Source: Polyangiales bacterium (GTDB lineage: Bacteria > Myxococcota_A > Polyangia > Polyangiales > Polyangiaceae). From it: DNA of 64,000 bases. The stretch lies in assembly GCA_038231275.1 (NCBI GenBank), contig JBBRLQ010000002.1, positions 224,001 to 288,000 on the forward strand, given 5' to 3'. A model generated the notes under the pieces. It searched no databases. It was not told where the DNA came from and worked only from the letters and a program-made list of their open reading frames with translations. Position 1 is the first letter of the stretch. The number at the start of each line of letters is the position of its first letter. The position numbers were made by a program, and so were the translations under genes. This document shows positions 28,681 to 38,700 of the stretch, one piece after another.

Positions 28681-29627
28681 GGGGTCTTTTTAGACGCCCA
28701 CGGCCCCCACCGCAAAGGCCAAAGGTGCGAAAGGGGTGCTTTTCCGCCGCTCGAGGGGGTCGGGGCCTCTTCTCCCATCGCGATGTCCGGTGACGCATCG
28801 TCGGTCGGTGCAAGAACGCAGCGCGTCACGTCGACTTCGGCGGAGGGCGGATCGTCGAGCCGCTCGCCCGTTACGCGCACGACGACGCACGTGACGTTGT
28901 CCGGCCCTCCGTAGGCGAGCGCGCGATCGACGAGCGCTTCGCACGCGGCGGCGGGATCGGCGGCCTCCCCGAGCAGCTGCGCGAGGAGCGCGTCGCCGAC
29001 CGGCCCATGCAGACCGTCGGAGCAGACGAGGATGACGTCACCCTTGAAGAGGCGGATCGCGCGCAGATCGACGTCGACGTGTTCGGCGGTGCCCACCGCC
29101 TGAAGGATCACGTTCGCGTGAGGGAACGTCGCGACGTCCTGGGGGGCGAGCTGCCCTTTCTCGACCATCATCTGCGCGAGCGTCTGATCGCGCGTGAGCT
29201 GCGTGAGCTTCCCGAGGCGATGCAGGTACGCCCGGCTGTCGCCGATCTGCGCGACGACGAGGCGATCACCGGCCACCGTCGCGATCGTCGCGGTCGTGCC
29301 CATTCCGCGAAGCGTCACGTCACGCCGCGCGATCGCGAAGAGGCGCTGGGTCGCGTCCTCGATCGCATCGAAGAGCGCACGCGCCGCCGAATCCTCCGTC
29401 TCCGGCGCCCGCGCCCGCAGGACCTCCTCGATGACGCTGACCGCGCGCGAGCTCGCGATCTGCCCTCCTGCGACGCCGCCCATGCCGTCGCACACCCCAA
29501 ACGCCAGCGCGGCCGGCAAGAGGGCGACGAGCGCGGTATCCTGGTTCTCCTCCCGCTCGAGGCCGCAATCGGTGTGGGAGGCGACCTCCAGGGAAATCCC
29601 CGGGGAAATGGCGTGCACCTGACTCAT
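28677..29627 (-). CDS. PP2C-family Ser/Thr protein phosphatase
   Basis: ATG 29627; G..REENQD, CDGMGG, GMGTT, IGDSRAY, LTRDQT, CSDGL, GGPDNVT. Its stop overlaps the E1-alpha GTG (GTGA). Confidence 0.93.
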   Translation of the reverse strand: MSQVHAISPGISLEVASHTDCGLEREENQDTALVALLPAALAFGVCDGMGGVAGGQIASSRAVSVIEEVLRARAPETEDSAARALFDAIEDATQRLFAIARRDVTLRGMGTTATIATVAGDRLVVAQIGDSRAYLHRLGKLTQLTRDQTLAQMMVEKGQLAPQDVATFPHANVILQAVGTAEHVDVDLRAIRLFKGDVILVCSDGLHGPVGDALLAQLLGEAADPAAACEALVDRALAYGGPDNVTCVVVRVTGERLDDPPSAEVDVTRCVLAPTDDASPDIAMGEEAPTPSSGGKAPLSHLWPLRWGPWASKKTP

Positions 29628-29647
29628 GAGCCTCAATGTGCAACAGA

Positions 29648-29668
29648 AACTATAGTTGTCAACTGTTT
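29648..29668. promoter_or_regulatory. AT-rich palindromes (AACTATAGTT; GTTGTCAAC) in the divergent PP2C / XRE promoter region; candidate operator
   Basis: aactatagtt is a perfect palindrome at 29648-29657 and overlaps gttgtcaac; conspicuous against the high-GC background. Confidence 0.45.
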
Positions 29669-29709
29669 CAGGTGCGACAGCGGTTGGCCAATCCAGGTAC
29701 AGTAGAGCG

Positions 29710-30225
29710 GTGAGCGACTGGCAGGAGCGCCTGGTCGAGGCGATGGAGGCGCGGGGGCTCTCGGGCGGCGAGCTGGCCCGACGCACGGGCTTCTCCGCGC
29801 AGTACATCAACTCGCTGAAGAGCAAAGAGCGGGGCGCGCGCCTACCGCTCGACACCGCGCGGCGGATCGCGCACGCGCTCGGAGTGTCGGTGGAGTGGCT
29901 GACGCGCGGCGCGGGTCCTCGCGAGCGGCTCAGCGACGTGTACGCGATCGTGCCGTCGTCAGGAGACGGCGATGGACCGATCACGCTGGAGCGGTACCCG
30001 AGCCGCGCTGAAGCCGTGGCGCTCCTCGCGACAACGGTCGAGCCCGAGGTCATCGCCGCGCTTCGCGCCGTCGTCCCCGACGACGCGGGCAGCGATCCCG
30101 GCCGCGAGTTCTGGATCGCCTACGCGCGCGATCTGGCGCGCGATCTGCGCAAAATCAAGACCGATCCGGCGTTGTCGGGCGCGGCCGAGACGCTGGGTCG
30201 CGGGGGAAGCAAGAAGGCGAGGTAG
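29710..30225 (+). CDS. XRE/Cro-C1 HTH transcriptional regulator
   Basis: ERLVEAMEARGLSGGELARRTGFSAQYINSL...IAHALGVSVEWLTRG. Confidence 0.88.
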   Translation: MSDWQERLVEAMEARGLSGGELARRTGFSAQYINSLKSKERGARLPLDTARRIAHALGVSVEWLTRGAGPRERLSDVYAIVPSSGDGDGPITLERYPSRAEAVALLATTVEPEVIAALRAVVPDDAGSDPGREFWIAYARDLARDLRKIKTDPALSGAAETLGRGGSKKAR

Positions 30226-30230
30226 CGCGC

Positions 30231-31163
30231 GTGGTCGCCGAGCGATCCCGGTCGCGCGCCTCCGTGCTCGCCGCCCTCGCGTGCGTCGCGAGCGCGTGCG
30301 CAGGCTCGTCGCGCCCCGCCGCCGATCCCGCCGCGATCGCGCGCGTCGCCGGGGAGCTCGGCGCGAGGACCGGCGCCGCCTCGTGCGCGCGGAGCCGCAG
30401 CGACCTCGTCACCCTCACGTTGGAAGAATGGCGCGCGCGGCCCGGCAGCCACGCGCTCGATCCCGACTGGGCGTGCGTCGCGATCGTCGACGACGTGGCG
30501 CGCGACTCGATGGGCAAATGTACGCCCGCCGTCGACGACGTCCTCACGCGCCCCGTCACCTTCGCGCGGCGCGTCACCGGCGAGCTCTTTTACGTGGGCC
30601 TCGATCCGCGCGAGTACGCCTACGATCTCGTCCCCGATGCCGCCGGAATCGGCGTCGAGGTGCGCGTCCAGCTCACCGGCCCTCTCGCGGCCGATCGCGC
30701 ACGGGTCGCCGCGATGCAGGCGAAGATGGACCAGGCCGCTGACTTCTGGTCCGCCCACAGCCCCGGCGGCGCCGTTCACTTTCGCTTCCGCGCAGAGACG
30801 ACCGACGTGGCGTCGCCTCATTTCCAGGTGCGCCTCTATGAGGGCGAGGGGCGCACGCCGTTCGACGTCTCGTGGGCCGAGGCGTGGCCGTGGCACCTCC
30901 TCGCCCACGAGATCGGCCACATGATGGGGCTCGACGACGAGTACGGGCAGCTCGAAAAAACCTGGGGCCACGCGATCGGTGAGGACGCGATCTGGGACCA
31001 CGACGTGATCGACAAGGTCCGCTGGTTCGGCTGCAACCCGGCGAGCCTCATGTGCGACAGCCGCGGGCTCGCGAGCACTCCGCTGCGCTACCACTACTAC
31101 GTGCTGCTTCGCCGGCGCGCCTGCCGCGTCACCCCGCCGGAGCGCGATCTCGTCGCGCCGTGA
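30231..31163 (+). CDS. Putative secreted zinc metalloprotease (metzincin-like)
   Basis: Signal/lipobox (ASA-C); AHEIGHMMGLDDEY zinc motif; downstream SLM Met-turn-like motif. Confidence 0.7.
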   Translation: MVAERSRSRASVLAALACVASACAGSSRPAADPAAIARVAGELGARTGAASCARSRSDLVTLTLEEWRARPGSHALDPDWACVAIVDDVARDSMGKCTPAVDDVLTRPVTFARRVTGELFYVGLDPREYAYDLVPDAAGIGVEVRVQLTGPLAADRARVAAMQAKMDQAADFWSAHSPGGAVHFRFRAETTDVASPHFQVRLYEGEGRTPFDVSWAEAWPWHLLAHEIGHMMGLDDEYGQLEKTWGHAIGEDAIWDHDVIDKVRWFGCNPASLMCDSRGLASTPLRYHYYVLLRRRACRVTPPERDLVAP

Positions 31164-31518
31164 CGTCTCTCGCGACTCGCGCCGCGAGGACGGCGGCGAC
31201 GGTCACGCCGAGAACGTCTGCGACGAAATCGGACCACGACGAGCTCCGGTTCGCCGAGAACCTCTGGAGCACCTCGTCGGTCGCGGCGGCGGCGAGCACC
31301 AGCACCGGCCCCAGCGGGAGCGCGCGCGCCATCGCACGGTGCGCGAAGAGCCCGTCGGCGAAGAACGCCAAGAGTCCCATGAAGACGAGGTGCGCGAAGA
31401 AGTCGAGGTGCGGAATGCCGAGCGCCGAGAGGCGGAGGGCGCCAGAGTACGCCAGGCACGACGCGAGGACGCACACCGAGAGGACCGCTGCGAAGCCGAT
31501 GATCCAGAATCGTCTCAT
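31129..31518 (-). CDS. VanZ-like membrane protein
   Basis: HLDFFAHLVFMGLL...ATDEVLQRFSANRSSSWSDFVADVLG matches the VanZ pattern (DK..H...E..Q...R.....D..AD..G). Confidence 0.8.
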   Translation of the reverse strand: MRRFWIIGFAAVLSVCVLASCLAYSGALRLSALGIPHLDFFAHLVFMGLLAFFADGLFAHRAMARALPLGPVLVLAAAATDEVLQRFSANRSSSWSDFVADVLGVTVAAVLAARVARDVTARRDRAPAG

Positions 31519-31649
31519 ACGACGTTGGACGACGGGCGCCTGCGAATCGTTCCGCCGTCGACGTCGGGCGGCGACCGTTCGCGTGCGGTCGGCGACCGTT
31601 CGCCGCCAGCCAGCGGTCAGCCCAGCGTGCGGTCAGTCGAGCGAGCGCA

Positions 31650-32603
31650 TCAGCCCAGCGAGTGGATCGATACGCCGGCAACCAGGGCGGCCAGGACGAA
31701 GCCGGCCACGACCTCGAGCGGCTTGTGTCGCTCGTCTCGCACGCGTGCCCAGACCAGCATGAGCGCGACGAGCGCGAAGACCAAGGCCCCGCGAGGCGCG
31801 CCGGGGAGGAGCGCGAACGCCGCGCCTGCCGCGACGCCGACGTGCCCGCTCAGCTTGAGGCCGAGGCGCGTGATGAACGTCGCCGCGAGCGCGCCGATCA
31901 TCGCGCCGATGGATGCAGACACGACGATCCGCGGAGCGTCGAGGGCGAGTGTGCCGCCGAGGAGGCCGAGCGCGCAGAGCGCCGCGAACGCGAGGAGCGG
32001 CAATCTCTCCCGGCGCACGGAGACGTCGACGTCGGAGAAGTGCGCGCGCCGGAGGCCCCACATCCACACGCACAGCGCCGGCACCTCGAAGAGCGCGACG
32101 AACAGCGTCCACCTGACCGCAGTGGGCCACGATCCCGTGCGGCTCCAGCACAGCGCGAAGAAGCCGAGCGGCGCGACGATCGCGGGGTGAAATAGCCAGC
32201 CCAGGCCCCGCGCCACGCGACGCGCGCCCGCCGGATCGGCCAGCGCCCAGCCCACCGCTCCGAGCGCGCCCGCGACGCTGTCGAGCGAGAGCTCGAAGAT
32301 CTGCTCGGCGCCTGGCCGCGCGCCACGCACGAGGATCTGCACGCCTTGCCGCAACGCCACGACGCCGACGAAGAAGAGGAGCCCCAGCGCAGCCCGCGGG
32401 CGCGTCGCTCCGCGCAAGATCCACGCGGACAGGGCCGTCGCGAGGAGCCCGAAGAGCAGCGCGTGCAGCGCGAGGTGCGCGAGCTCCGTGACGACGCCGT
32501 GCTCGAGGACCGCCGAGAGCGCCGAGTAGCGCGCGCAGATCGCGCCGTGCGGCATCACGGTCGTGAGGCTGATCAGCGCAAGCATCCAGAGCCGAGCACG
32601 CAT
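31650..32603 (-). CDS. Membrane protein: VanZ-like N-terminus + PAP2-like C-terminus
   Basis: ATG 32603; C-terminal KLSGH and WARVRDERH..EVVAG resemble PAP2 C2/C3 motifs; the N-half has AH...Q...D..GA, like a degenerate VanZ. Confidence 0.55.
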   Translation of the reverse strand: MRARLWMLALISLTTVMPHGAICARYSALSAVLEHGVVTELAHLALHALLFGLLATALSAWILRGATRPRAALGLLFFVGVVALRQGVQILVRGARPGAEQIFELSLDSVAGALGAVGWALADPAGARRVARGLGWLFHPAIVAPLGFFALCWSRTGSWPTAVRWTLFVALFEVPALCVWMWGLRRAHFSDVDVSVRRERLPLLAFAALCALGLLGGTLALDAPRIVVSASIGAMIGALAATFITRLGLKLSGHVGVAAGAAFALLPGAPRGALVFALVALMLVWARVRDERHKPLEVVAGFVLAALVAGVSIHSLG

Positions 32604-32664
32604 TGTCTCACTCAGGATGCCCGGTGCCCCGTGCGGGCGCCAGCCCCTCGTGCGCCACGACTGC

Positions 32665-33459
32665 TCAAACCGACAGGGTCGTGACGACGCCGAAGTGATC
32701 GCTCGGGAACGTGCCATCCACGGCCTCGTCGAAGCACACCCGCGAGGTCTGCGGCTCACCTCGGGTCCGATCATCGGGCCCGCGGACGAAGACGTAGTCG
32801 ATCCGTCGATCCGGTTCGTGGACCATCGCTGCGAAGGGATTTCTCCGTGCGAAGGTGATGCCGGGCGATCCGTCGCCGGCGACGCCGAAGGTGTCTGCAA
32901 AGTACACGCACGGCCCGCCGAGGCCGGTGAGCCCCCGCATGAAGCGGATCTCGTCCGAGTCAGGTTCCGCGTTGAAGTCCCCGACGACGACCGGGGGGAA
33001 CCCCTCGATCGGACATAGACGCATGACCGTATCGGCGACGAAGCGGACCTGCTTGCACCGGATGTGCCCATGATGAAGCTTCCAGTTCAAGTGGGTCACG
33101 AAGAACGGCAGCCTTCCGAACGGCGCCTCGATCTCCGCGAAGACGAGCGACCTTCGCTCGTCGGAACCGCCGTCCGGCAGCGGAAATGTCTCGGATCGCA
33201 GGATCGGCCAACGCGACAGGATGGCGTTGCCGACCGGGAACCCGTGTCCCTCCGAGGCGAGCCCCCACGCGACGTGGTAGCCGAGCCCCCGCGACACCAG
33301 GTCCGCTTGATCCAGGCAGTCGCCCTGGGTGGATCGCAGGACCTCCTGCAGGCCGATGACGTCGGGCCCGAGCTCGATGAGTCGCGCGCGAATCGCCGGG
33401 AGGCGCTCGTCCCACGGTCCGAATCGATTCCAAATGTTGAGGGTCGCGACCTTCAGCAT
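32665..33459 (-). CDS. Endonuclease/exonuclease/phosphatase (EEP) family protein
   Basis: ATLNIW, DVIGLQEV, GNAILSRWP, THL, GDFNA, RIDYVF, SDHFGV. Confidence 0.93.
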   Translation of the reverse strand: MLKVATLNIWNRFGPWDERLPAIRARLIELGPDVIGLQEVLRSTQGDCLDQADLVSRGLGYHVAWGLASEGHGFPVGNAILSRWPILRSETFPLPDGGSDERRSLVFAEIEAPFGRLPFFVTHLNWKLHHGHIRCKQVRFVADTVMRLCPIEGFPPVVVGDFNAEPDSDEIRFMRGLTGLGGPCVYFADTFGVAGDGSPGITFARRNPFAAMVHEPDRRIDYVFVRGPDDRTRGEPQTSRVCFDEAVDGTFPSDHFGVVTTLSV

Positions 33460-33521
33460 CTTCCGACTCTACCCGAGCAAGCTCTTTTTGCTGAGGTACA
33501 GAACGGCGCTAGACTCCATGG

Positions 33522-34202
33522 ATGCGCGGAGCGGTGTCGGCCCTCGTCGTGTTGCCGCTTGCCGCGGCCCTTTGGTTCGGGTGCGCCACGAGCGGCGTCG
33601 CGGATTTCGTCGACGACGCCGGCGGCATCCCCGACGACGACGGCGGCGTCGCCCCGCAGGTGCTCGACGCGGGCAAGGACCACACGTCGAATTTCGACGC
33701 CGATCCCGGCGGCGGCTTCGACGCGGCCCCGGTCGACGCGACGCCCGATCCTGGCGACGGCGGCGGAGGGAGCTGCGTCGCGCCGAACACGTGCCTCGCC
33801 GCGGCGGACGTCGGAAAGATCAGCGGCGACACGTCCAAGTACCCGACGGTCACGGCGACCGACTTCACGTCGAAGTGGATGCTCATCAACGTGAGCGAGG
33901 ACGACAACAACCCCCTCGGCAAGAACCTCAACTTCCACGCGAGCCTGACGTCGCCGCCCGGCGCCAACTTCGATCTGTTCCTCTACGTCAACGCCGGCGG
34001 CAGCCCGACGGATCGCGCGTGCACCGCGGTCTCGGCGTCGTCGACCAACGCGACCGGCGACGACACGGCGTCGCTCAATTGGGGGGAAGGAACGCCCGCG
34101 AACGGAAGCGACGACTCCCGCATCGTGTCCGTCGAGGTTCGCTGGATTTCCGGCACGTGCGCGCCCGGCTCCAAGTGGACCCTCACGTTGACCGGCAACT
34201 AA
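33522..34202 (+). CDS. Hypothetical lipoprotein with C-terminal beta-sandwich (PPC-like) domain
   Basis: Lipobox WFG-C, D-A/G-G-rich linker, PPGANFDLFLY motif typical of PPC-like domains. Confidence 0.7.
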   Translation: MRGAVSALVVLPLAAALWFGCATSGVADFVDDAGGIPDDDGGVAPQVLDAGKDHTSNFDADPGGGFDAAPVDATPDPGDGGGGSCVAPNTCLAAADVGKISGDTSKYPTVTATDFTSKWMLINVSEDDNNPLGKNLNFHASLTSPPGANFDLFLYVNAGGSPTDRACTAVSASSTNATGDDTASLNWGEGTPANGSDDSRIVSVEVRWISGTCAPGSKWTLTLTGN

Positions 34203-34218
34203 GCTCGCCCCGCGCCGC

Positions 34219-35064
34219 TCACGGCGGCGGGACGTAGACCGGGGATTTGTCCCATTTGTAAGTGCCGGCGGCGCAGTTGGCGCGCAGCCACGTCACCGGC
34301 TCCATCGCCGAGCCGATCGCGAACGATTGACCCTCATTCGCCTCGCAGAGCGGCTTGAGCGCTTCCTTGATTTTGGCGTCTCCCGCGTCGCGCGCGATCG
34401 GCGCACGCCATCCCGAGAGGGTGATCACCAGGTAGGTGCCGCGCCCGAAACCCTGGATGCGGATCGGAGAGAGACGCTGCAGCTCGAACACCTTCGTCAT
34501 CGGCGACTTCCACTCGAGGATGCTGTTGATCGAGTAGACGGGAGCGGCCTTTTCGTTCGGTTTGCTCTCGTCCGGCCACGCGGCGAGGGGCGCGCGCGCC
34601 TTGGGGTCGTCGACCGTCAGGCGGTCCCCAGCGACGTCGACCAGAAACACGTCCCGCACCGCAGTCCCCGTCTTGCACTTCGCCGCCGGGCTCTCGCGGA
34701 CCTCGACCTTCGACTTTTTCGTGGCGGCATCCCGCACGCTCTTGCCGACTTGAACGCACTCGAGGAGGTCGGCATACCGCTTCGTCGCCGTCACGTACCG
34801 CCGGACGTAGTCTCGCGCCGGATCGATCGGATCGAGATCCCACCCGATCGGCTCCACGTAAATCCCACCGTCGGGCAACGTCGAGCCTCCCCCGTCCCGT
34901 TCGACTGCCCGCGCCGACCCGGAGGGCGCCGCGGGCGCCGACGCAGAGGGTGACACGTCCGGCGCGGCGTCACTCACCGGCGGCGCAGCCTTGGTGGGCT
35001 CGGGCGGAGTATTCGGGCAGCCCGCGACCGCGAGCAGCCCCGCCAGGGCGAAGGTCCACTTCAT
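34219..35064 (-). CDS. Hypothetical lipoprotein
   Basis: ATG 35064, MKWTFALAGLLAVAG-C, Pro/Ala linker, globular C-terminal part with paired Cys. Confidence 0.75.
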   Translation of the reverse strand: MKWTFALAGLLAVAGCPNTPPEPTKAAPPVSDAAPDVSPSASAPAAPSGSARAVERDGGGSTLPDGGIYVEPIGWDLDPIDPARDYVRRYVTATKRYADLLECVQVGKSVRDAATKKSKVEVRESPAAKCKTGTAVRDVFLVDVAGDRLTVDDPKARAPLAAWPDESKPNEKAAPVYSINSILEWKSPMTKVFELQRLSPIRIQGFGRGTYLVITLSGWRAPIARDAGDAKIKEALKPLCEANEGQSFAIGSAMEPVTWLRANCAAGTYKWDKSPVYVPPP

Positions 35065-35101
35065 CGATGCGTCTCCTCCACTCGCCACGCGCTCGGGCTT
35101 C

Positions 35102-35629
35102 TCACATCGGGCGATCGGGTTGGCTTCCGTCACCGAACACGCTGCCGTCGCTCGTGCCTCCCTCGGCTCCGCCATCGGCTTCGACGACCGCGCACACGTG
35201 GATCACGGGAGAATCCGCGGTGGAGCCGACGCGGAGGTCCACGCACGTCTCTACTCCGGGGCATCCGCGGTTCGGCTGCGAGTCATTGCAATAGAGGAGG
35301 CAACCGCCAAACCCAGATTGGATCTCGACGCACGCCTGGTGATCGCTGCACGTCGGCTGGCCGACCTTGTTGTTGCACGAGTCATGGGGATTCTTGCCGC
35401 TCGCGCTCGGAAGGCACGCGAGGTGCGGGGTGCAGTTGGCGGCGCCGCACGCGCCGCTGGCGCAGGTGCAGTCTTTCGGCCAGCACGTCGTTCCTGCCCC
35501 GCACGCGTTCGGATCACTCTCGCAGCCGGCGCCGCTGGAGCTCGAGGATGTGGAGCACGCCTGCGTCAACGCGCCCCCTGCGACGAGGACGCCGACCAGC
35601 ACCTTCCATGGAAGCCTTCGAACGAGCAT
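35102..35629 (-). CDS. Cys-rich lipoprotein
   Basis: GGAG upstream of ATG 35629; TQA-C lipobox, then many closely spaced Cys. Confidence 0.75.
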   Translation of the reverse strand: MLVRRLPWKVLVGVLVAGGALTQACSTSSSSSGAGCESDPNACGAGTTCWPKDCTCASGACGAANCTPHLACLPSASGKNPHDSCNNKVGQPTCSDHQACVEIQSGFGGCLLYCNDSQPNRGCPGVETCVDLRVGSTADSPVIHVCAVVEADGGAEGGTSDGSVFGDGSQPDRPM

Positions 35630-35708
35630 GGGCAACTCCACTACCTTAAAAGAGAAACGGGGGCAGCGACCATGCGCTGCCCCCGAGTCTACCTGATGCC
35701 GGGTCGGG

Positions 35709-38700
35709 TCAGTTGTACTGGAGGTACGAGTCCAGGAAGTACTTCACCTGGAGCTGCACATAGAACGGACCGACGCCACCTTGCTCGCCGTGGACGACCT
35801 GATCATTGTACGAACGGATGATCTGGTAGCTGGCCGTGTTGCGGTCGCGGTCGACGGCAACCCAGTAGTTACGATCCTGGATGTACGTCCATGACCAGCG
35901 GCGATTCTCGGGACCGACGAACTCGTTGAAGTCGTCCGAGTGGCCGGTGTCCCCCGGGCCCGCGCGACGATTACGCGGGTCGTACTTGCAGTCGTCGAGC
36001 GTCTGCGGATCCGGGCAGTAGGTGTTGTTCTTCACCGCGAGACCACGGAAGTAGTCAAGGAAGTCACGCTCGCGAGCGAAGACGTGACCACCAATCCAGT
36101 CGCGGGTGTCGACACGGCCCGGGAAGTTCAGGTCGTGCGTCGCCTTGGCGAACATGGTGACGGCCGTGAGGCGGAGGAAGGGATACGTGTCGTACTGACC
36201 ACCGACCATCGAGTCGATCGCGTCTTCCGCGACGCCCTCGAAGGAGAAGTCACCTTCGTAGCTGGAGTACGACGCGAGGTACGTTCCGGCCGACTGATCC
36301 GGGTCGTAGTTGTCGACGGGCCAGAGGTCGACCCAGGACTGCAGCGCGAACAGCTTGTCCGAGAAGATACCCTGCTGGGTAACGTCTCCGAAGAAGTTGT
36401 CGTAGACCGTCTTGAACGGACGCTCGCCGGACGACTGCTGGATGATCGCCTTGTGGAAGGCGCCCGCCATCTGGTTGGCCATCGAGATGTCGCGGTTGAA
36501 CTTGTCGGTCAGCTGCGAGAAGTAGTTCTGAGCCGGGACGCCCTTCGGCGCCTCGACACCAACGCGGCGCAGGGTGTCCTGAAGCTCACCCCCGCTCCAG
36601 TCGTAGAGCCACTGCGAGATGAACCGGCGCATGTCGGTGATGACTCTCGCTGGGCTCTGTCGGCCATCAGTCGCGTAGTTCGAATAGTCCTTGAACTTGC
36701 GATAGAGGCGGAAGTTGCGCCACTTGTACTGCCACTCGTAGTTGTCGATGGCCGACGCCATGATCTCGCTCGGTGTAGTCCCGAAGTCGAACTCGCGGCA
36801 GAACGGCGTGTACTTCGTGTGCACGTCATTACAGTAAAGGTATGTGCGCTCAGCCTTACCATCGGCGCTGCTGCCGTACGGATCGGAGTAGCGCTTGAAG
36901 GACGCCTCGCCGGTCTTCGCCTGACCGGAGAACGTGCAAACGTTCGCGGGGGCGCAGGCCGCAGGAGCAGTGAACCCCGGCGCTTGGGCGTTCGCGTAGA
37001 TAAACGCGATCGCCGCCTTGTCGTACGGGTACCAGCCGAACTTCGCCGAGTCGTTCTTCCAGAACACGCGATCTGGCGTCGCGTTGTAGTCCATGAGCGA
37101 GGAGGAGTACCCTCCGAGATGGTCCCGACCAGACCCATCCTTGTAGTGCGGGAAGTTCGGACGATCCACTGAGCCCATCCAGTTGTGGTCAAGGCCGAGC
37201 GTGTGCCCGAACTCGTGCCATGTCGTCTGGGCGTAGTAGCTGTCCGCCATGCTGTTCTCGTACTGCTCTTTGGTCTCCCACGCGCCGTTAATGCAGTGGC
37301 GACCGTCGCGCTGGAACACGTCGATGTAGTTGAACATGTCCGTGCTGTCCTCAAACACGTGACGGCCGCGCCGGTTGTACATCTTCGCGAAGTCGAACTC
37401 GCGGTGGTTGATCGTGAGTGACTTCAGCTGGTCCGCGAAGGCAGCAGCAGCGCGGACACCGTCGGGGCCCGGGGTGATGTCGAATGGCGCCTGGCCGCGG
37501 TCGATCTGACCCATGAGCTTGGAGAAATCCGCCTCCGTGCGCGCACGAGCCATCAGGTTTGCGGCAGATCCGCCGTAGGCGGTGTCTGCGCCCTCTGGAG
37601 TTACGAATTGGTTCGCCGCCGGGTCCCCGTAGATCTGGTACGGGAGGATTGCGTAGAGACCGTTGAAAAAGTCCTGGTCCTGTTTGACTACAAAGTCGGA
37701 GGGCGAGAGATTGCCCCACTTCGCGACCGACTTCTGCAGGTACTCCTGCATCTTTGCGTAGAGGGTCGAGTGCGAATTGCGCGATGCAAGAGTCGCAGCA
37801 GTCGTGTCCGTCGACACGGCGACGAACGGCAGTACGTCGCCGTCCTTGCAACCCGCTGGGCCATCTGGCCAGGTGCCATCCGGATTCGTCGGCATTGCGC
37901 CGACGCTCTGCAGGTAGAACTCAAGGCGGGCCTGGACGGCGTCCTTGAAGTTGAAATTGTAGAAACGGATGTTGCCGGAGATGTTCTCACCGGTGCGGGG
38001 GTCGTTCCCGCCGAGCGATGTGTCCGCGAGGACGCCGGTCGTGCCGCCGCTATCGATGTCCGATATCCACCGCAGCCAGTTGTATCGAATGTCGCCGAAC
38101 TGACGCGCCGGCTGTTGGCCGTTCGCTGTCGTCGGCAGGTCCGTTTTGTCGTCGAAATTGCGGACGATCAAGTGGGTCTTCGCACCGGCGTCGGCGAAGA
38201 CCTGGTTGGTCTGGTCGATGATACCGCCCGGATCGGTGAAGTACTTCTTACGCTCCTCCGGGTAGCCGGGGGCGAAATAGTAGGTGATGTCCTTGTTCGG
38301 GTTGTGGCGGATCACGAGCTGGCGGGCCGCGAGGAGCCCTGTGTCGTTATCCCGCGAGATCAGCGTGTTATCAATCGTTCCGTACTTGCGACGGATGGTG
38401 TCCTTCTCGGGGAGCTCGAAGGGAACGTACCCATCGGCGCTCGTTCCATCGGGGTTGAGCGGCTTCGTACGCGTCATCGAGTATTTGACCGTGAAGTTCA
38501 CGGTGTCGCGGCCCATCCGCTGGAACGTCATCCCCGGCTCGCCGTACTGCTGCGTGCAGGCGGTGTCCGTGAAGTTGAGCGGGAATGACATGCTGATGTC
38601 CCAGCTCATGTAATCGTTCTTCTCGTCGACGAAGAGCGAGTCCGGCACCAGCGTGACCGAGGAGTTACCTTGGTCAGTGCACGCCGAGAGGATCGACTGC

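Noticed and set aside
29710-31163. XRE + HExxH protein as an ImmR/ImmA or prophage switch
   Set aside because: The protease has an export signal and a metzincin-like motif, and no integrase or phage genes are nearby.
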